From Antedon mediterranea (taxonomy: Eukaryota; Animalia; Echinodermata), in assembly GCF_964355755.1 (NCBI RefSeq), contig NC_092676.1:17254871-17318870 (forward strand): DNA of 64,000 nucleotides, given 5' to 3'. The position numbers and the translations under genes were made by a program. Position 1 is the stretch's first letter. Each line of letters begins with the position of its first letter. The notes beneath the pieces were generated by a model that was not told where the DNA came from, searched no databases, and saw nothing but the letters and a program-made list of their open reading frames with translations. Below, in pieces: positions 33,260-46,491 of this stretch.

Positions 33260-35265
33260 TAGGTATCCCAATGAAAGCGCACAGAGGGGTATCACTTTTG
33301 AAATATTGACGAAATTCGAAAAAGTAGTATGACTTTGATGTTAAATAAATCGTATTCAATCTTAATTAATACTTACAAAATTTATATTGTTTGAAAGTAC
33401 TTGTTTTAATCTATGTATAAGTGTGTTTATAATTAAAATTAATGAATTAGTTGCCGAGAAAATGCGATTTTAAAACGGTTCTAAAATCCCGTCGAGCCGA
33501 TTTACGCGCGTTGAAAACCTCATCGGAAAATCCCCATCAGTTTTCAAAACACGATCGCACGATTACCATTGGAGCTAGCGGATTAATTTTTGTTGTATGT
33601 TATCAGGCTTTAAATAAGCTTTAATTTGATACGAAAATCGTCTTCTATAAATAGGTTTTTCGTAACGAAAAGTCAATTTTTGTGACAAAAATCCAATTTT
33701 GATTCACCGTTTATGGAAAAATATTATGGATTTTGGTATTAAATTATAGCTAAATCTACATTGAAATCGATAAAACATAGTTTACAAACGTATTGTGCAT
33801 GGTAATTGAGCGAACTACATTTTAAAATGGTGCATGAGGCGTAAATCCCGTTCAAAATTTTAAAGATCCAACCATTATAATCCGGTGAATATTGTAGTGA
33901 GTAAAATATTGTACTCTAAAATACGCGCGTGTTTGTTGTGGCGTTTTCCGTTAAATACATTAATGCACCCTATCAGCGAATGGTACGTTCCATATTTTGA
34001 ACACGTTGTTTAGTTTTCCTCGCTCGAGTTCGACCGGCTCGACGCGAGATGTGTGACAGCAGCGATGTCGAAGATTGACATGTCCTTTTCCGTCGTAGAA
34101 TATCTGGTTTTACACATTAATTTAACAACTTAAAATTGATGTAATGTGCGGAAGATTTATTATGCAAGTATACAATGCAAATGCGTTAGGTTAAAATGTA
34201 CCGAGGAAATTTATTAAGCTAATTTACCAACGTTACATTTGACTCTGTATACGGCGGCCGAAAGTCATTAACTGCGACCGAAATACTTTAACGGAGCGAC
34301 TACTGATCGCGAGTAAGCCGTGACTTGGCCTAAACTTTAGCTCCGTATTTCAATTTAATAACGTAATAATACGAAAAGAAAACAATTTTTATAATGTTAT
34401 ATATACTATTCAGGTAAACAATTAATTGTTTTAATTAACATTGATTATTTTAAATGAGTTTATTTTGACCCATATTGTGCGTTTGCCTTAAAAGAGCATA
34501 TCTTACTTAGCTTAGATTTGGTGTCATAATCATATGGGCCTAAAATCTTGTTTTACGTATTCAAAAGTTATATATAATAGTATTTATGATTGAAATTATA
34601 AATATAAAGTATATTAAAATATTCTAATAATTATACTTACTGAAAATTAGTGTAAAAGAAAGGAAACAGTACACACCGTTTTTAACATACTTTTTCATTT
34701 TTCTTTTTATAATTTTAAATTTCACCATTAAAAAAATTTTTTTTTTTCATATACACATCTAAAATATATTTATTAATGAAATATACACTACATTCTAACA
34801 AGTACAAAAAAAATTAAATGAATTAGTACAGTAGTTCAAAAGTTACAGATCATTGAAAAATTGCAGTTTTTTCATTTTTTAGGGAATTCCAGCAAAAATG
34901 GGCGTTAAATGCTTTCCTACCACTTTGCGGACCAATAATTTAAAAAATAGGTTTCGTTGAGGCTCCAAAAAAAATAGAGTTGTACAACTCTGTGATATCT
35001 ATAGGTTTAACAAAATTCAAAACTTTTAACTAATTATTGTAAAAGTTATAACCTTTTAAAAATGCTTCCAATTTCAACTGCAAAAAACACCATTTTTAGG
35101 CAAAAAATCGTATATTTTTTTACCACTTTAAATAACCATAACTTTAGAACGGGTAATCGGATTTCAATCATTTAAATCGCAAAATGCTAATTACATTAAG
35201 TTCTTTATGATTAACTGAAAGAAAATGTAAAAAAATTAATCTGAATTTTTTCATTGGGATACCTA
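33260..35265. mobile_element. Non-autonomous DNA transposon, 2006 bp, hAT-like termini
   Basis: Perfect 17-bp TIRs TAGGTATCCCAATGAAA / TTTCATTGGGATACCTA; TTGTCAG duplicated at 33253-33259 and 35266-35272; no ORF. Confidence 0.9.
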
Positions 35266-35468
35266 TTGTCAGATTATCTACAGTACCGTATTTGTAGTCT
35301 ATTATTTCTTTAGGCAGTTGGTCCAGAAATTGAAACACAATCTTCTTTCTTGGAATTTTGTTTTGATTGCTACAGTGTGAGCCTCTTTAGTAGAATATTT
35401 ATCATCATGATTTACACTTTTTTTGCCATATTCAGCATTTTTGCCCAATGTTTAAAGTCTGGTTTTTT

Positions 35469-37409
35469 GAGTGTTGACAATGTGCGAGGCATGCGCGGCA
35501 CGCCAAATATTTGTGCAAGGCATCATTTTATAATTTAAAAAAGGTGCGAGGCATATCTTAACGTGCTATTATGCTATATTATAGGCATAATAATCAATTA
35601 TTTATATTTGTATAATAGGCCTAGCGTATCTAAATAGATTCAATACACTCAACATGTTTATTTTTATGTAACGATTGAACGGTTTTTTTCATTCAAGTCA
35701 TATCGTGTCAAATTTTACTTTTACAAAAGTGCCCAAACTGTTCAAAAGTTGTGCATCCGTAATTCGGTATGTGCCATATTTTAAAAATCTGAATGACAGT
35801 CTTCAACTTTCGATAAACAATAATTGTTATAGCGACACTTATCATCAAATGACCGCCATGTTTGTTAGCATTTCGAGCGTGTTCACTTTACAATTAATTT
35901 AACATTCTCGAACATAGCAGAGTGAAAATAATATTTTGTCACACCCCCGCGCCTCGATCCGGTAGACCCGAGAGATGGAAAATCTCTCTTTACTATTTAG
36001 CAAGTAGCGGCGGAGTGATTCTGCCCTGAGAGGATTTGGCCTTGTGGCGATTCCCCTCCAATATAGCACGTGGTTTCAGCAGCAACGCACCTAGACTTCT
36101 CTCTGAGCGACATTCCATTCTCTAGGAAGTCAACACGTGTACCTCTCTCGCAAATAAAATGAACAGCGATGGCCAGGACAAGTTCAATAACTGGCGGTGA
36201 ATAAAAGGGAACTGATATGCCGATCAAATAACATGCCGCAAAGAAAAAAAATTACGAGAGAATTCTGGAGCGCGTGTGAGAAAGACTTACGTCCGAAAAT
36301 CATAATACTAGGCCAAAAATTAAACTTTAGCTAATATGCTTAGCCCTAACCTATAGGCCTATGCAGAAAATAATTTAATCAATTTTTATATAATAATAAT
36401 TGGTGTAATATTTTAATAATGATACACTATTCCTGTTTTAGTAGGCTAGGTATATTACGACTTGTATTTATTGTTGTCCATTTAAATACTAATAAACCTG
36501 GCGCTATAGTTTCATTCGCTTGTATTTTTACTCCAAATTTGATAACTAGCTTTATCGTGTGAATACCACACATTAGAAGTATATCTCATGAGTACTTTAA
36601 TGAAAGAATCACATAAAAAGTAACAAATAAATCCTTAAATTAATGATTTTACAGGCGTGTTCCTCGCACACTGTTCGCGAATGTTCAGTATTTTTGTTTC
36701 TACGATAATAGAGGACTAAAAGTCAGTGGAATCCGTCAATTTCTCATTGGTGAAAATACTGTAATAATGTTACCACTGATAGTGATACTGTTCTGTTTTC
36801 AAACAATAATAATCGATCCTAAATCAACATCACTACCTAGCCTAGACCAGGACATCCTACTAAGGATATTATGATGAATTGTTCTATTTTATTCTTTAAA
36901 AGGTTAACGAAACCGTGTACAGTATCAACAGTAACATTTTTCCTTACTGACTGACAAAATCTTCACCAAATAATGCGTTAAATATATAGATTCCACAGAG
37001 TTTTTAGCCCTCTAATTAATTTGGCTCTTTTGACGTTCCATAGAAACCAAAATATTGAACATTTAAAGTGTGTGAAATTCGCGAACAGTATGCGAGAAAA
37101 ACATCTGTAAAATCACCAATTTAACGGATTTATTCTTCATTAAAGTAGGCCTATTAATTCTAAGGTGTGGTATTCACGATAAAGCATGGTTAACAAATTT
37201 TGTGTTAAAATACAAGGCAGGTGCAAAAGGGAACTAGCCTACTAGCGGGCCTAGGCCTAGACTACTTCAATTTCGGTGATTTCCTGCCTCGCAATTTTGA
37301 GAAATGATAAAATGATGCCTCGCATTTTTTTATGGTGGTAAAACGATGCCTCGCATAAATTTGTGACTTGCCTCGCGTGCCTCGCTGCCTTGCACTTTGT
37401 TACTACCTG
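35469..37409. mobile_element. Degenerate hAT-like non-autonomous element with GCGAGGCA subterminal repeats
   Basis: Left gagtgttgacaatgtgcgaggcatgcgcggcacg versus right cgtgcctcgctgccttgcactttgttactacctg. Multiple inward-facing gcgaggca/tgcctcgc words; T-run flanks. Confidence 0.7.
36510..37222. mobile_element. Nested foldback/MITE with ~220-bp degenerate inverted arms
   Basis: ctttatcgtgtgaataccacac…cgcacactgttcgcgaat (36510-36735) is inverted at attcgcgaacagtatgcg…gtgtggtattcacgataaag (36990-37222). Confidence 0.7.
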
Positions 37410-38744
37410 TTTTTTTTTAGTCTTTGAAATGAGATTTGGTATTTTGGTGAATCTTTGATTTATTCAATATGGTCAAGCTTGTTATCAAAATTTGACAGAA
37501 AATAAATGATTTTTTTTATTACGGATGTTTTGTCATTAGTTGAAAGTCGCAATAGGTATTGTTACATAATATGTAGTGTGTGACCTAATAGTTAGGTCGA
37601 AAAAAGTAGGTTTAGTTTCTTTAAATGTCCTTTGTCTCACTCATCAACGAGTACAATTGTCAACTGGCAGTATTGATGAAAATAAAAGATTAATGTACAG
37701 TTTGCTAGACTCTATAAAAGGTGTAAGGAAATAGTAATGTACAGTATGAGCTGGTGAGCATGAGATGAGCATTGAAATTTTGCAAAAAAATACAGGCTTT
37801 TTCATTGGAGTGTGTCAGAAGATGCTAGATAAATAGATTATAAACTACAGTATATCCTGCAATAAAGGGCAAATTTGTCCCTGTGACTCACATCAGCCAC
37901 ACGAGTCTACAGTACTTAACATGAATGTCGCCCTTTTTTATCCAATATGAAGAAGAAACAAGAAACAATCCAAACTCACTTTTATGTAAGATGCTTTCAA
38001 CCAAGTCTCATTTCATCATCAGTAAAATCCTACTGTAGCAGAGACCGAATTTCAACTGCAGAATTTAATAATGATTTCAGAATTAATCCTACAGTAATTC
38101 CTAACTGATGGAAAAATTATTAAATTGGAATTGTTTGGTGTTAGACTATATAATTGCACTCTAGTGGCTGTGAACATAATTCATATACAGTAGTTTAGTA
38201 GTTGTAGTTTTCAATGCAACAGAAAAAAGAAATTCAAAACTTGATTAATTGTGTCACTTTGTCCCCAGAAACTTGCAACTATTGTTGAATGTTATTTAGT
38301 ATGACAGCCGTCGCTCAGTCCTTTCGTGATATTCTAAGCCTACAGGGACACGGTGCCTTTCAACGTGACCAGACAACAACCTGCATATGTAACTCGCGTC
38401 AAGCTTAAATATCAATGTGTCACATTAAATTTAGCGATCTCATTCTAATTTGAAAAAAAAACTGTTTGTGTAGTTTTACAATTAGGTTGAGTACTGTGAA
38501 TATCTTGGTAAAACTGTACAGAGCACACTCTACCTCAATTTTTAAATTAAAGGAATATCAATTATCCAGGTTTTTGAGATCCAAACTGTCAATTAAATCA
38601 TCAGCTGGTTTTTGAAGGTCTCAATTCATGTTTGCAAAACCTGAGACAACAATTTAAGAGATTGGAAACAACCATGATTTTCCCATTCATGTTTACAAAA
38701 CTGGTATAAGCATACTCTGTGGTTTGTACGATGCAACACATTAA

Positions 38745-38874
38745 AGCTTTTGTCTCACATAGAACGCAACACAAGAATTTGTAATGTGCTAATCACAAGT
38801 AACAATTTGGATAGTGTTTCACTTGACTATGTTGCATGTCCATCCTTTCATTGCATCCTAGTGGGGACTAAGCT
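38745..38874. mobile_element. Small Harbinger-like MITE
   Basis: taa|agcttttgtctcacatagaacgcaa … ttgcatcctagtggggactaagct|tta. Confidence 0.55.
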
Positions 38875-38899
38875 TTAGGCTCTCAGAAATTTTATCTGG

Positions 38900-39957
38900 C
38901 TGGTATTAGGAGAGACTTCCTAGCAAGATGCTTGACTGCTCGCGAATTGCTGACTGTGTTCATCATCTTACACTCGTACATTATGATGCTCCTCTCACTA
39001 TGCCTACACCCGCTGCGGCTTCTACAGTCCTGGATGCTCTGTCCCCGGCAGTTCTGTAGGCCATCGTGGCAGCAGTGATAGCATAACAGAGGGAGATGTC
39101 CTCTGTATAGACCTCTCCTCTCATCGGCCTTTCCCCAGTTCCATATATAGAACTATGGTCCCCGCCTCAGGCGTCTGGGTCTGAGGGTCCGTCCATTGCC
39201 AGAGGTTACGAAAGTGACACGACGATGGTCACGCTCTCTGACAAGGAGCATGCGGAAGAGCGTGAGGGACTGGAGGAAGAGGGCCTGCAGGCATTGGTTA
39301 ACCGGATGGTTCCAACAGTACTCGAATTCCTATGAGTCGACCACGTGCAAAGTCAACAAGACTGAAAATTGCAATGCACTTTATCAGTCACACCTCCACT
39401 ATCAATTCACATGCATCAGTTGCATGTGGTTGCATAGGTGTTGTATACAGGTAGTGTCAGCTAGGTGGCGAACACAGTCAACATTCTCGCCTCATCGTTA
39501 TCTCCACAAACATCACACCAGTAGCCACAGCAGAGCTGAAGGTAATGGATACACAAAGCTCGTTGTAACTTGTCTCCCACCGCCAACTAGTATCTACAGT
39601 AGTCCGGTGCTACACTGGCTAATGTCGGTTTATCCAGGTAAGGTAGGCACGAAATAGACTACACAAACCAACAGTGGTGTTGGTAGTCTATGAGTGCTAG
39701 CTTACCTGGATAAACGCCCTCCCGCCGTCCCCCTTAGACAAGAGGTCTTGCGAAATGATGATGGTGGTTTGTGGGGAGGCTCCCACTTGAGGGCATAGTT
39801 CATGGACTATACCATTTGTGGAGAGGGGTGTTCAATGAAAATTTATACTTTTCGAGGTATATCTCGCTCTTCGAGGAGAAAGGCTATTGTCGGTTTATCC
39901 AGGTAAGCTAGCACTCATAGACTACCAACACCAATGTTGGTTCAATGTGTAGTATTT
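38900..39957 (+). mobile_element. DIRS-like (tyrosine-recombinase retrotransposon) 3' remnant with ICR and right ITR
   Basis: 39652-39715 is the inverted complement of 39892-39957. tgtcggtttatccaggtaag occurs directly at 39623 and 39888. The upstream body is GC-richer. No coding motif recognised. Confidence 0.55.
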
Positions 39958-41241
39958 AATTCAATATGTGAGGTTTCTAACGAAAGTTTATTAATCATTT
40001 ATTAATGCTAAGTTTATTGCAGTCATTAATGGTCATTAAACTCATGCATTCTGTCCATTTATTGTTATCCATACCTCACTAAACTCTGGAATAATTAACA
40101 CAAAATCAATTTAATTCAAATCTTTAATATCAAACTATGCAAAAGAACCATATTGTCGTCTTGATTTCTTCGACAATTAAAAAAAAACCCATCCATAGAT
40201 AAAACAAACTACAAATCTGTTCTTTGTAATTCAAACTATACATTTATCATTACCTTTTTAATAACTTTTTAATTCAAAATTAAATTAATACAAATACATT
40301 GATAGAAATCAGGTTAACAATTCTGTTGTCTTGACTTCAACAGTAATAAAAAATCCAAATCAAAAAACTAGAAATTTAATGTTTAAACATTCATATGTAC
40401 ATAATAACAATTATCCTGTATTTAAAAAGCGCCTTATGTTGTGAAACCTCTCCGGTTATTTTGTGATCTAACATGTATATAAACATACTACTGCAATGCA
40501 GCTTAAGTACTGTAATCAGCGCAAAGGTTTGTCTTGACTTAACTTGTTTATACACCTGGTTGGAGATAGGCAAACATACAGTAAGTAAAGTGTCTAGGAT
40601 AAAAATGTTTGTTTTTAACCCACAATCCCATGATAAATCGTCTTCAAACAAATTACCATATTCAGTGTATGTGTTTCTATTAAAATTTGATTATAATGGA
40701 GAGTGAATGTATTAAATATTTTATGTATGTTTATTCCAGTGTTTGCATTAATATCAAATCTGTGTATTAATGCTATTTGTTGATGTATTCTATTCTATTC
40801 TATACTGTAAATAAATAATACTACTAGTGATTACATGATGAACTCAACAATATGGCCAAATATGAAACAGTATGTGTTAATCTGTTGTTGCTACTTTGCT
40901 TTCTTAGGGTTTTTAAAGAAATGTTAGTATTATTAATTGAAATGTAAATTGTTAGTACAAAAATTAAGAAAGGCTAATAATAATATGTTAGAGATATTCC
41001 GTCAAGTCAACTTAAAAAAATTTAACTTAATGGCAGATTTGAATTTGAGTAAAGAAAACAGCAAACATTTGTTATAAGGCATTGTCTCAGTGTATATTCC
41101 AAAAAATGTTATTTTGCCATAGTGAAATAGTTTAGCTTAGGCCTGGCAACTTCTGGTATAGTATGTAAATAATTTACTTTCAATACATTTAGTATTTGTA
41201 AGAGGTGATGCAGTAGTTGGTAAATGTTTTTACAAGTTTTA

Positions 41242-41395
41242 TTCGAAAAGAGTAGGGGATCGTCTCCCGGTGTGCTGATCTGGTAGGCGCTGCACTGCTG
41301 ACTGCCGTGGGTCCGTGGAGGGCCTAATCCGAATTTCCTCAGTTTCTAGTTATTAAGCTTGAGGACAAATATTAATACCTTTACCTTACCTACCT
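41242..41395 (+). mobile_element. 5'-truncated copy of the SINE3 3' half
   Basis: Reverse-complement match to 16935-17060; ends in ACCTT-type repeats. A further tail scrap lies at ~22443-22482. Confidence 0.8.
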
Positions 41396-42156
41396 TATTC
41401 TACTCTAAACCCAACTATCAATTGTTAATGTCGTCATCATGTTGCCACTACAGTATATTAATTGTAAAAGAGTCCAATCTGTACTATAGAATGATTACAA
41501 TCATTTATTATCAAAGTCCTTGGAGGGTTTATTATTTAGACAGTGTTCTCTATCAGAATGGATAGGTTTTTTTTTCTGAATAAAACTAAAAAGAATAAAT
41601 GAATTATCTGCTTTTGGCTATGCACGAATATGCAATTTTTTACTTCAATGAGTTTGTGAAGTTCATAAAATGTTTAAAAGATTATGTGTGAAAAATTCAA
41701 ATTGTTAGTAAGTATTGATTTTAGATAAAAAATAAGACATGTTTAGTTGTATTTCTACAGAGTTCTACAGAAAAGCAAAAATATTGATGTTTTAAATTTG
41801 TTTTCTTATTTTTTTGCACATTCTATTTTACTATGTCGATTTTACATTAAAATAATTTTTTTAAATTACAAAAATGCAAAGAGTGTGAATTTTATTAAAT
41901 CTCAAGTTTTGGAAAAAAAATTGGTGTCCTAAGGACATTTATTAAACTTCTTTTTTAATATTAAGAATTACATATATTTTCCTGCTGGCAAAATATATTG
42001 TTGAGTCCGTAATTCTCTTTGACCAAAAATTAGGTCCGAGAAAAATAAAATTATTGTTCTTTTTTATGTATTTTTAAGTGAATTCTTTTAAAGTGCATAA
42101 TTTGATAAAAACTGCAAAATTGCCTTAAAAACTTTAAACTTTAAATTTCTTTGCAG

Positions 42157-42340
42157 ATCTTGCGAATCCCAAGTCTAATCGTAACAAAACAGCTGGATTT
42201 ACTGACCAGGAAAGACAAGGTTTCACAGATCTTCTGGAAGCTGGATTCATTGACTCATATCGACATCTGTATCCAGAGAAAACTGCCGAGTACTCATTCT
42301 GGACGTATATGATGAATGCTAGAGCTAAGAACACAGGCTG
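42157..42340 (+). CDS. APEX1: APEX1 coding exon 10 (DLANPKSN…AGFTDQER…DSYRHLYP…[16 protein letters not shown])
   Basis: ctttgcag|AT ... TG|gtaaat; conserved APE1 residues throughout. Confidence 0.97.
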
Positions 42341-44314
42341 GTAAATATCATTCCATAAATTATTTTTGCACATGATTAGCAGCTTTTCATTTCCTTTAAT
42401 TATCAACTTGTCATTTGATGGATGCTGGTCAAGAAATTGCCCACTCCACTCTCCCATCACAACTTGCTGGTGTCTCAAACCCGGATTTTCTTCAGGTCCA
42501 AATGTTCGGAAATCAATTTTTGCTATTGAAATTTCATAATAGAAAACCATACTTTGCAAAAAAAAATACAGGGAGATCCCCTAACACCATGACTCCTCCC
42601 TAAAAAAAGATGACTGCAATTTATATTAGTAATTTTTCTAATCACAATCAATAATTTGGAATGGTTTTTCATAGTTTACCAATACCCAATACATGTTTTT
42701 TTTTTTTATAATTCCGGGCTTCATAAGAATAACTTGGATCTTTATACTATACAATACACTTCTCTGCATCTGTTCACTCTCATAAAAAATAACCATTTTA
42801 TTATCGAAAGTTATCTAAAATAATTTTACAGTTTTCGAAAGCACATAAATACAGTTTGCTTTAAAATTCAACCTGTTTGCAATGAAAGAGTGCCCAAAGT
42901 TGATTTAGACATATGTATGTAGGTTTTTCCTCAAAGGGATTATATATTAAACTAGAGAGTAAACTCCAATTTTATCACCTCTAAAAGTTATTCACCACAG
43001 AATTGGTAAACAGACACACATAGTTTTAACTTGTGCTGTCTACAGTAGCCACAGTACGCACCACTACTGTATATGTGATGAATTTTGCTGTGGGTATCAA
43101 TCCGTTGGCATCACTTCTCTGTGGCCTGGTTTACTCTCTAGCAGTTATAGTATCTTGTATACAGTATTTCCACTTCAGTCAACATTTACAGTTGTTTTTT
43201 TAAACTTAATATTTGATTCCTCATTTATCTTTATATCTCAGCTAGACATCAAGTCCAGTTCTTTGACTGAGATTATTGTAAAACCATTATTTAATTACTA
43301 ATTTCAATCAAACGTGTCAATCGCTGGTCTTACCATAAGTCTGTATCTAATTTATATTCTTTGCCATCACATACATAGTTTGTTTATAATGACTATTAAA
43401 AGAGCTTATAGTTTGTATCTTAGTGTTTAAATCATTAATTTAATGTTTTAACTTTATAATTTTAATTTGCATTTTAAAATGTCAATATAGTTACAATGCA
43501 ATAAAATAAAATTGGTTATCCACACTTGGCGGATAACCCCTTGTTATTGTCAGGATCTTTTTTTTTTCCATCCTTTAAAACCTTTACTTTACTATGTAGT
43601 GTTTTACCCATCCAAACCTTAAACAATATTGTTATTCATAGACTTGTATAAAATAGTCTGACTTTGAATCACATAGTTTTCAAACTTTTTGAAAACCAGG
43701 TCAGAAAAATGAGTTTTCATTTGCTCTACTCTGTCCGTTTTAATCAGTAGAAATATTTGTGTGTTTATTTTTTTGTTCAATTCTACTTTTAACTACATAC
43801 AAGCTAATAAACTTGTATTCTCGTGGTATATAATTGCAAAATATAATATGATCAATATCATCAGACAATATTGCGTCAAGTTCTACATGAAAGACAGGTA
43901 TTTATTATTTAGATTTTCTTGTAGAATTGGTATCAGTTCGTTGAAATATACTACTTCCTTGCATACTTGTGGCATCAATGACTTATTTGAGTTGAGATAA
44001 AGATTGTTGATGCAATCCTTCCATTATGGTAATCTGAATTATTCCATTTTTCTACTTTAGTACTTTTATATAACTATAATAGTACAATATAACATAACAA
44101 TTATTTAGTGATCACGATTCAACCTCTGAATTATCCTAACTAACTGCACTAAGTAAATGTCAACGTCACATGGCATTTTATGCAAATTAGCGTACCATAA
44201 ACAAACCTGTAACTGTACTGTTACTGTTGTTAAATTACTGTACTGTATGTATGTTTTTTCCATGAAAGAAATCCATGAAATCTTAAAGGTTATTGTAAAG
44301 ATTTATTTTATAAT

Positions 44315-44654
44315 AAACAAGCACGAATGTGCGATACTCGGTACAGCAACAAAAGATTAAAGCTGTAATGATGTCATAAGACCGGATGTAACGTCACATA
44401 CACATCGCCTCGCTACCAAATACGGCTATACGGTACCATCTTCGAGACATGATATGGCTGCATCCGGTTTAAAATTTAAAAATCCGGCTCTTATAGCTTT
44501 GAGGATATGTCCCTGTACATTCATGCCAAATCCCAGCTCAATACTACGAATAAGGGAGGTGTAGTACTTTATAAATCGCACTTTTTACTCAATAGTGTCC
44601 AGATGGAAGAGGAGAAGATGAGAGAGTACTAGACTCGGGTACCCCGAGTAACAA
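44315..44654. mobile_element. Probable Helentron-associated non-autonomous element (HINE/DINE-1-like)
   Basis: Starts aaacaag and ends with hairpin actcggg-tac-cccgagt plus aacaa; no TIR or TSD. HINE-like scraps also occur at ~22610-22705 and ~29475-29530. Confidence 0.45.
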
Positions 44655-44690
44655 TACGGTAGACATTTTTATCCCGGAGCTACCCTTTAA

Positions 44691-45254
44691 AGATGTATTG
44701 TCCCCCTGAAAATTTTTTTTCAATTTTATTTTTGTTGAATATGCCATTTTAATATCATATAATAGTTATCCACTTTTACCAAAAATTGGATCAAAAACAA
44801 AATTGTTTACCTGAAAAACTGTAATTTAAAGCAAAAAATAGTCAAATTGGCTGCCAGCCAATGGATTTTTGGTTGAATTTAACCATTTATTTTGTCATTT
44901 TGTAAATGAAAACATAGTTTGTTTTCGTTTTTTTCTATAGAAGTGATTAACTTTATTAAAACTACAAAATAACATATTCAAAGTTTGATGTAATTAATCT
45001 TCATTTTTCATGTTTTTGAGTGGAGTTGTGACATGTTGGTTATGATGATTGGCTACCACCTGGGTTAAATTCCAGTCACATGTCTGTCAGGATTTTTTCT
45101 AAGGACAAAATTACAACTCCGCTCCCAAAGACTTGTAATAAGACTTTGTTTATGTAGAACATCTTTTGAACCTCCGAGGGTCCCTAATGATCAGCAATTT
45201 CTGGATGGATCACCCTCATTAAATATGCCATGGTAAAAAAAAAAAGATCAATCT
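44691..45254. mobile_element. Kolobok-like MITE with a SINE inserted in its right TIR
   Basis: TTAA|AGATGTATTGTCC … catgtttttgag[SINE]…atct|TTAA; body homologous to 103-405. Confidence 0.65.
45018..45245 (+). mobile_element. tRNA-derived SINE (same head and body as 22167-22322)
   Basis: gagtggagttgtg…ttacaactccgctcccaaagactt…ctttgtttatgtagaacatc, then a distinct tail and poly(A). Confidence 0.75.
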
Positions 45255-46373
45255 TTAAAGTGCATGTTCACTTTGAAGTCTAACACTGACAGCCTGATTA
45301 TAAACAATTGTGAGCGTCTTTTATAGAGCCAAAGTATTTAATATTTTTGTTTAAGTATTTCTACATGTGTATATATGCATTTATTGAGCATTAGTTAGCA
45401 TTTACATTTTTTTTTATCATCTCCATGAGACTTTTATTTTAGCAATTTTACAAATTGGAATTGAGAGTGCCATCATTTAAATGCAGCACACATATAAGCT
45501 TTATTTTTATGACAAGTTAAAATGGATTAAAATTTACAGCATTCTGCATCATGTAACCATTAGAGTCACATCAGTTCTGTTTTATTCTGAATTAGCATGA
45601 ATTTTATAAATGGAAAAATAAGACCAACAATGACATAGACCTTAATTTGACACTAGCATCCTATCATCAATAAACCAGGTTTTAAGTTGTACAACTTTTC
45701 ACATGATAAGCTCAAACACTTACTTTTTTTCACAGGGGCAGATCCAGACTCGCAATTTTCGAAAGCTAAAATTAAAATTATGAACTACTATTTTATACAT
45801 ACTATTATATTAAATGTTAATGCTTCCTTATAAAAAAAAAAAGTGTGGATCCTGTTTCACGCAAAAAAAATAATGTATACATGTAATGTATTGTTAATAT
45901 TGGTTAATATTTCAAGTTAAACTTTATTGTATGAGCTACCTGTAAAGCTTTATTATGTGAATTTTTATGATGGTTATACTGCTTATGCCTACTAACTGTA
46001 TGTATATGTTTTTCATTTTGATCTGTACAATTTGTTTCTTTGGCTGCTGTTCAATTTTTTTTTAAATAGAATACATTGAATATACTTATTTCCTACTAAA
46101 TATCTTTGTCCAATATCCATATGCTTTATGAGAAATCTGTATGTTTGTGTATAATATAACCCCCTGAGTATGAATTAAAAATTATTAAGCAAAAAAATAA
46201 ATCTTTTAAAGAGAAAATAAAGTATGTTTCAGTTTTATTACGTCTATCCATAAAAAAAGTTATTCCTCAGCATTTCACAAGCCCCTGTGGGCATCCTGCC
46301 TTCTTTTTAATATCATGTTTTATTATATTGTAACGTTATATTGTATAAATATTTTTTTATTTCTTTTTTACAG

Positions 46374-46491
46374 GCGTTTGGATTACTTTGTGTTATCTGA
46401 GAAACTGCAGCCTAGCTTGTGTGACAGCGTCATCAGAACCAAGGTGTTTGGCAGTGACCATTGTCCTATTACATTGTTCCTTGCGTTGTGA
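46374..46491 (+). CDS. APEX1: APEX1 coding exon 11 (RLDYFVLS…[14 protein letters not shown])
   Basis: tttttacag|G; SDHCP catalytic motif; TGA at 46489-46491. Confidence 0.97.

Larger units (their letters stand above)
4114..46491 (+). other. APEX1: APEX1 gene model (AP endonuclease 1, ExoIII/Xth family), 11 coding exons, 969 nt CDS, 322 aa
   Basis: Exon lengths 21+45+45+83+58+199+72+31+113+184+118 = 969 nt give one open frame. All APE1 motifs occur in order: [77 protein letters not shown]. Confidence 0.97.

Noticed and set aside
39196-39657. 153-aa ORF as a DIRS gag, RT or recombinase
   Set aside because: No recognisable RT, RNase H or tyrosine-recombinase motif, and a non-ATG start.
42134-42559. 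141-aa minus-strand ORF
   Set aside because: Antisense shadow of APEX1 exon 10 with no recognisable domain.
46489-46491. TGA as a selenocysteine or read-through codon
   Set aside because: It falls at the normal APE1 C-terminus (…PITLFLAL), and I recognised no SECIS.
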